Source: Octopus bimaculoides
Lineage: Eukaryota
Length of the DNA: 64,000 bases
Assembly: GCF_001194135.2 (NCBI RefSeq)
Contig: NC_069003.1
Location: forward strand, 36,933,872 to 36,997,871
Direction of reading: 5' to 3'
In this document: in pieces, positions 62,851 through 64,000 of the stretch
Layout: each line of letters starts with the position of its first letter
Numbering within the stretch: position 1 is the first letter of the stretch
The notes under the pieces: generated by a model
Database searches by the model: none
The model's input: only the letters and a program-made list of their open reading frames with translations
Told to the model about the DNA's origin: nothing
Translations under genes and position numbers: made by a program

Positions 62851-62911
62851 AGGCAGCTTTGACTGATGAAAGACAATAAGGCTGGAACATCACAGTGTCT
62901 CAAAGTTGCCT
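62851..62911 (+). ncRNA. Type I hammerhead ribozyme candidate in ELOF1 intron
   Basis: 12-bp stem I (62851-62862/62900-62911), CTGATGA core (62863-62869), short stem II, GGAA in place of GAAA, 3-bp stem III, GTC cleavage triplet (62897-62899). Confidence 0.65.
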
Positions 62912-63259
62912 TACATTGGTGAAACACATGTACGGTGGAACCTTGGTTGACAAATTTAATTTGTTCCTGAAGACTATCACCAGAAACTGTTTTTTCCCCA
63001 TAGAACAGAATTTCAAGCAGGGTTGTGCACTGAGAGAAAGCTAGACAGCAACTGTTGGTGCTAGCTTTTCTGTTTGTTACTTGAGATACCGTTTGTCCTC
63101 CCGAAGTGTTTTATGTTCAAATAGTTGTTTGTAAACCAGTTTCTTTGTAAAGGGAGGTTCCACTGTATTATGAACACAACTCATCATCTGAAAGGCAAAG
63201 GTGTTACAGTTTTAGTACACGTCTATTAATCAGTCTATTAATCAGTCTGTGTGTGTGTG

Positions 63260-63460
63260 TGTGTTTATTGCCCACCACTACTTCTTAACAACCAGTGTTG
63301 GTTTGTTTATCTCTCTGTAGTTTAGTGGTTTGGCAAAAAGATCCTGATAAAATAAGCACTGAGGTCAATTCTTTTGACTAAAACCCTTCAAGACAATGCT
63401 GCCATTTTCCGGTTCAGTTGTTTCAGTCTGATGACTGAAACGACTAAAAGATAAAAGATA
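63260..63460 (+). mobile_element. tRNA-derived SINE 3' part
   Basis: aaccagtgttggtttgttta...ggcaaaaagatcctgataaaataagcact...gactaaaacccttcaag...atgactgaaacgactaaaagataaaaga. Confidence 0.7.
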
Positions 63461-63711
63461 TATATATATTGTTGAAGAGTGTAGGCTCAAAACATCAAAG
63501 ACTTTCTCTATTCCCAAGCGTTATACTAATACATCCATTTGTTGTTTACACCACCTGTCTTCATCTGTTGTTTTTTCGTAAATTCTCCCTATATATATAT
63601 ATTTCATTTCATTTCATTTCAAAGTTTCAGCTCAGAGCTGCGGCCATGCTGATGCACATAAGTTATATGATGATGATGATAATTTTTACATATATATAAT
63701 TTTGTTTGGTG

Positions 63712-64000
63712 TACCAATGTGCCAGAAGGGAGGCTAGGCGACAGGTTTATTTAGCCAGAGGGGAAGCAGATAAGGAAAGATTTGCCAATGTTCTGCGCCG
63801 TGAGGACCAAAGACTCGAGGTATTTCGTGTTGCAAGACAGTGTAGGAGAGAGAATAGTGATGTTGTAGGAGAGAAATGTGTTCGCATGGATGATGGTACG
63901 CTTGCATTAAATGAGGATGCAAAGAAAGAGGTCTGGAGATGCCACTACGATAGATTGCTTAATAAAGAGAATGAATGGGAGAAAGAGAGCCTGCCTTATG
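63712..64000 (+). mobile_element. RTE-clade LINE fragment running off the window end
   Basis: Uninterrupted frame YQCARREARRQVYLARGEADKERFANVLRREDQRLEVFRVARQCRRENSDVVGEKCVRMDDGTLALNEDAKKEVWRCHYDRLLNKENEWEKESLPY, typical of the region between the RTE endonuclease and RT. Confidence 0.85.

Overview
AT-rich, microsatellite- and SINE-laden animal genomic DNA with seven N-gaps. The repeat families and gene style suggest a coleoid cephalopod, most likely Octopus (inference, not a database result). Five spliced protein-coding genes can be reconstructed by hand: a DHRS11-like SDR (minus, 7 coding exons, 261 aa), BTF3/NAC-beta (minus, 6 coding exons, 161 aa), the histone chaperone NASP (plus, 16 coding exons, about 500 aa), a divergent beta-tubulin (plus, 4 exons, 446 aa) and the first coding exon of ELOF1 (plus). 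Between and inside them lie RTE-type LINE pieces, two mariner relics, Tc1 relics, a HERO-like RLE retrotransposon tail, a MITE and many tRNA-derived SINEs. Most notable observations: (1) a type I hammerhead-ribozyme fold in an ELOF1 intron, plus a second decayed one in a DHRS11 intron; (2) the DHRS11-like gene is intact but its catalytic Tyr is Phe; (3) a U12-type minor-spliceosome intron in NASP; (4) a beta-tubulin with D26V and R359T in the taxane pocket, a remodelled lumenal loop and an atypical tail; (5) a tRNA-like Pol III module fused behind the HERO ORF; (6) a candidate bidirectional promoter with CRE and E2F sites upstream of NASP. All assignments come from manual reading; no searches or folding programs were run.
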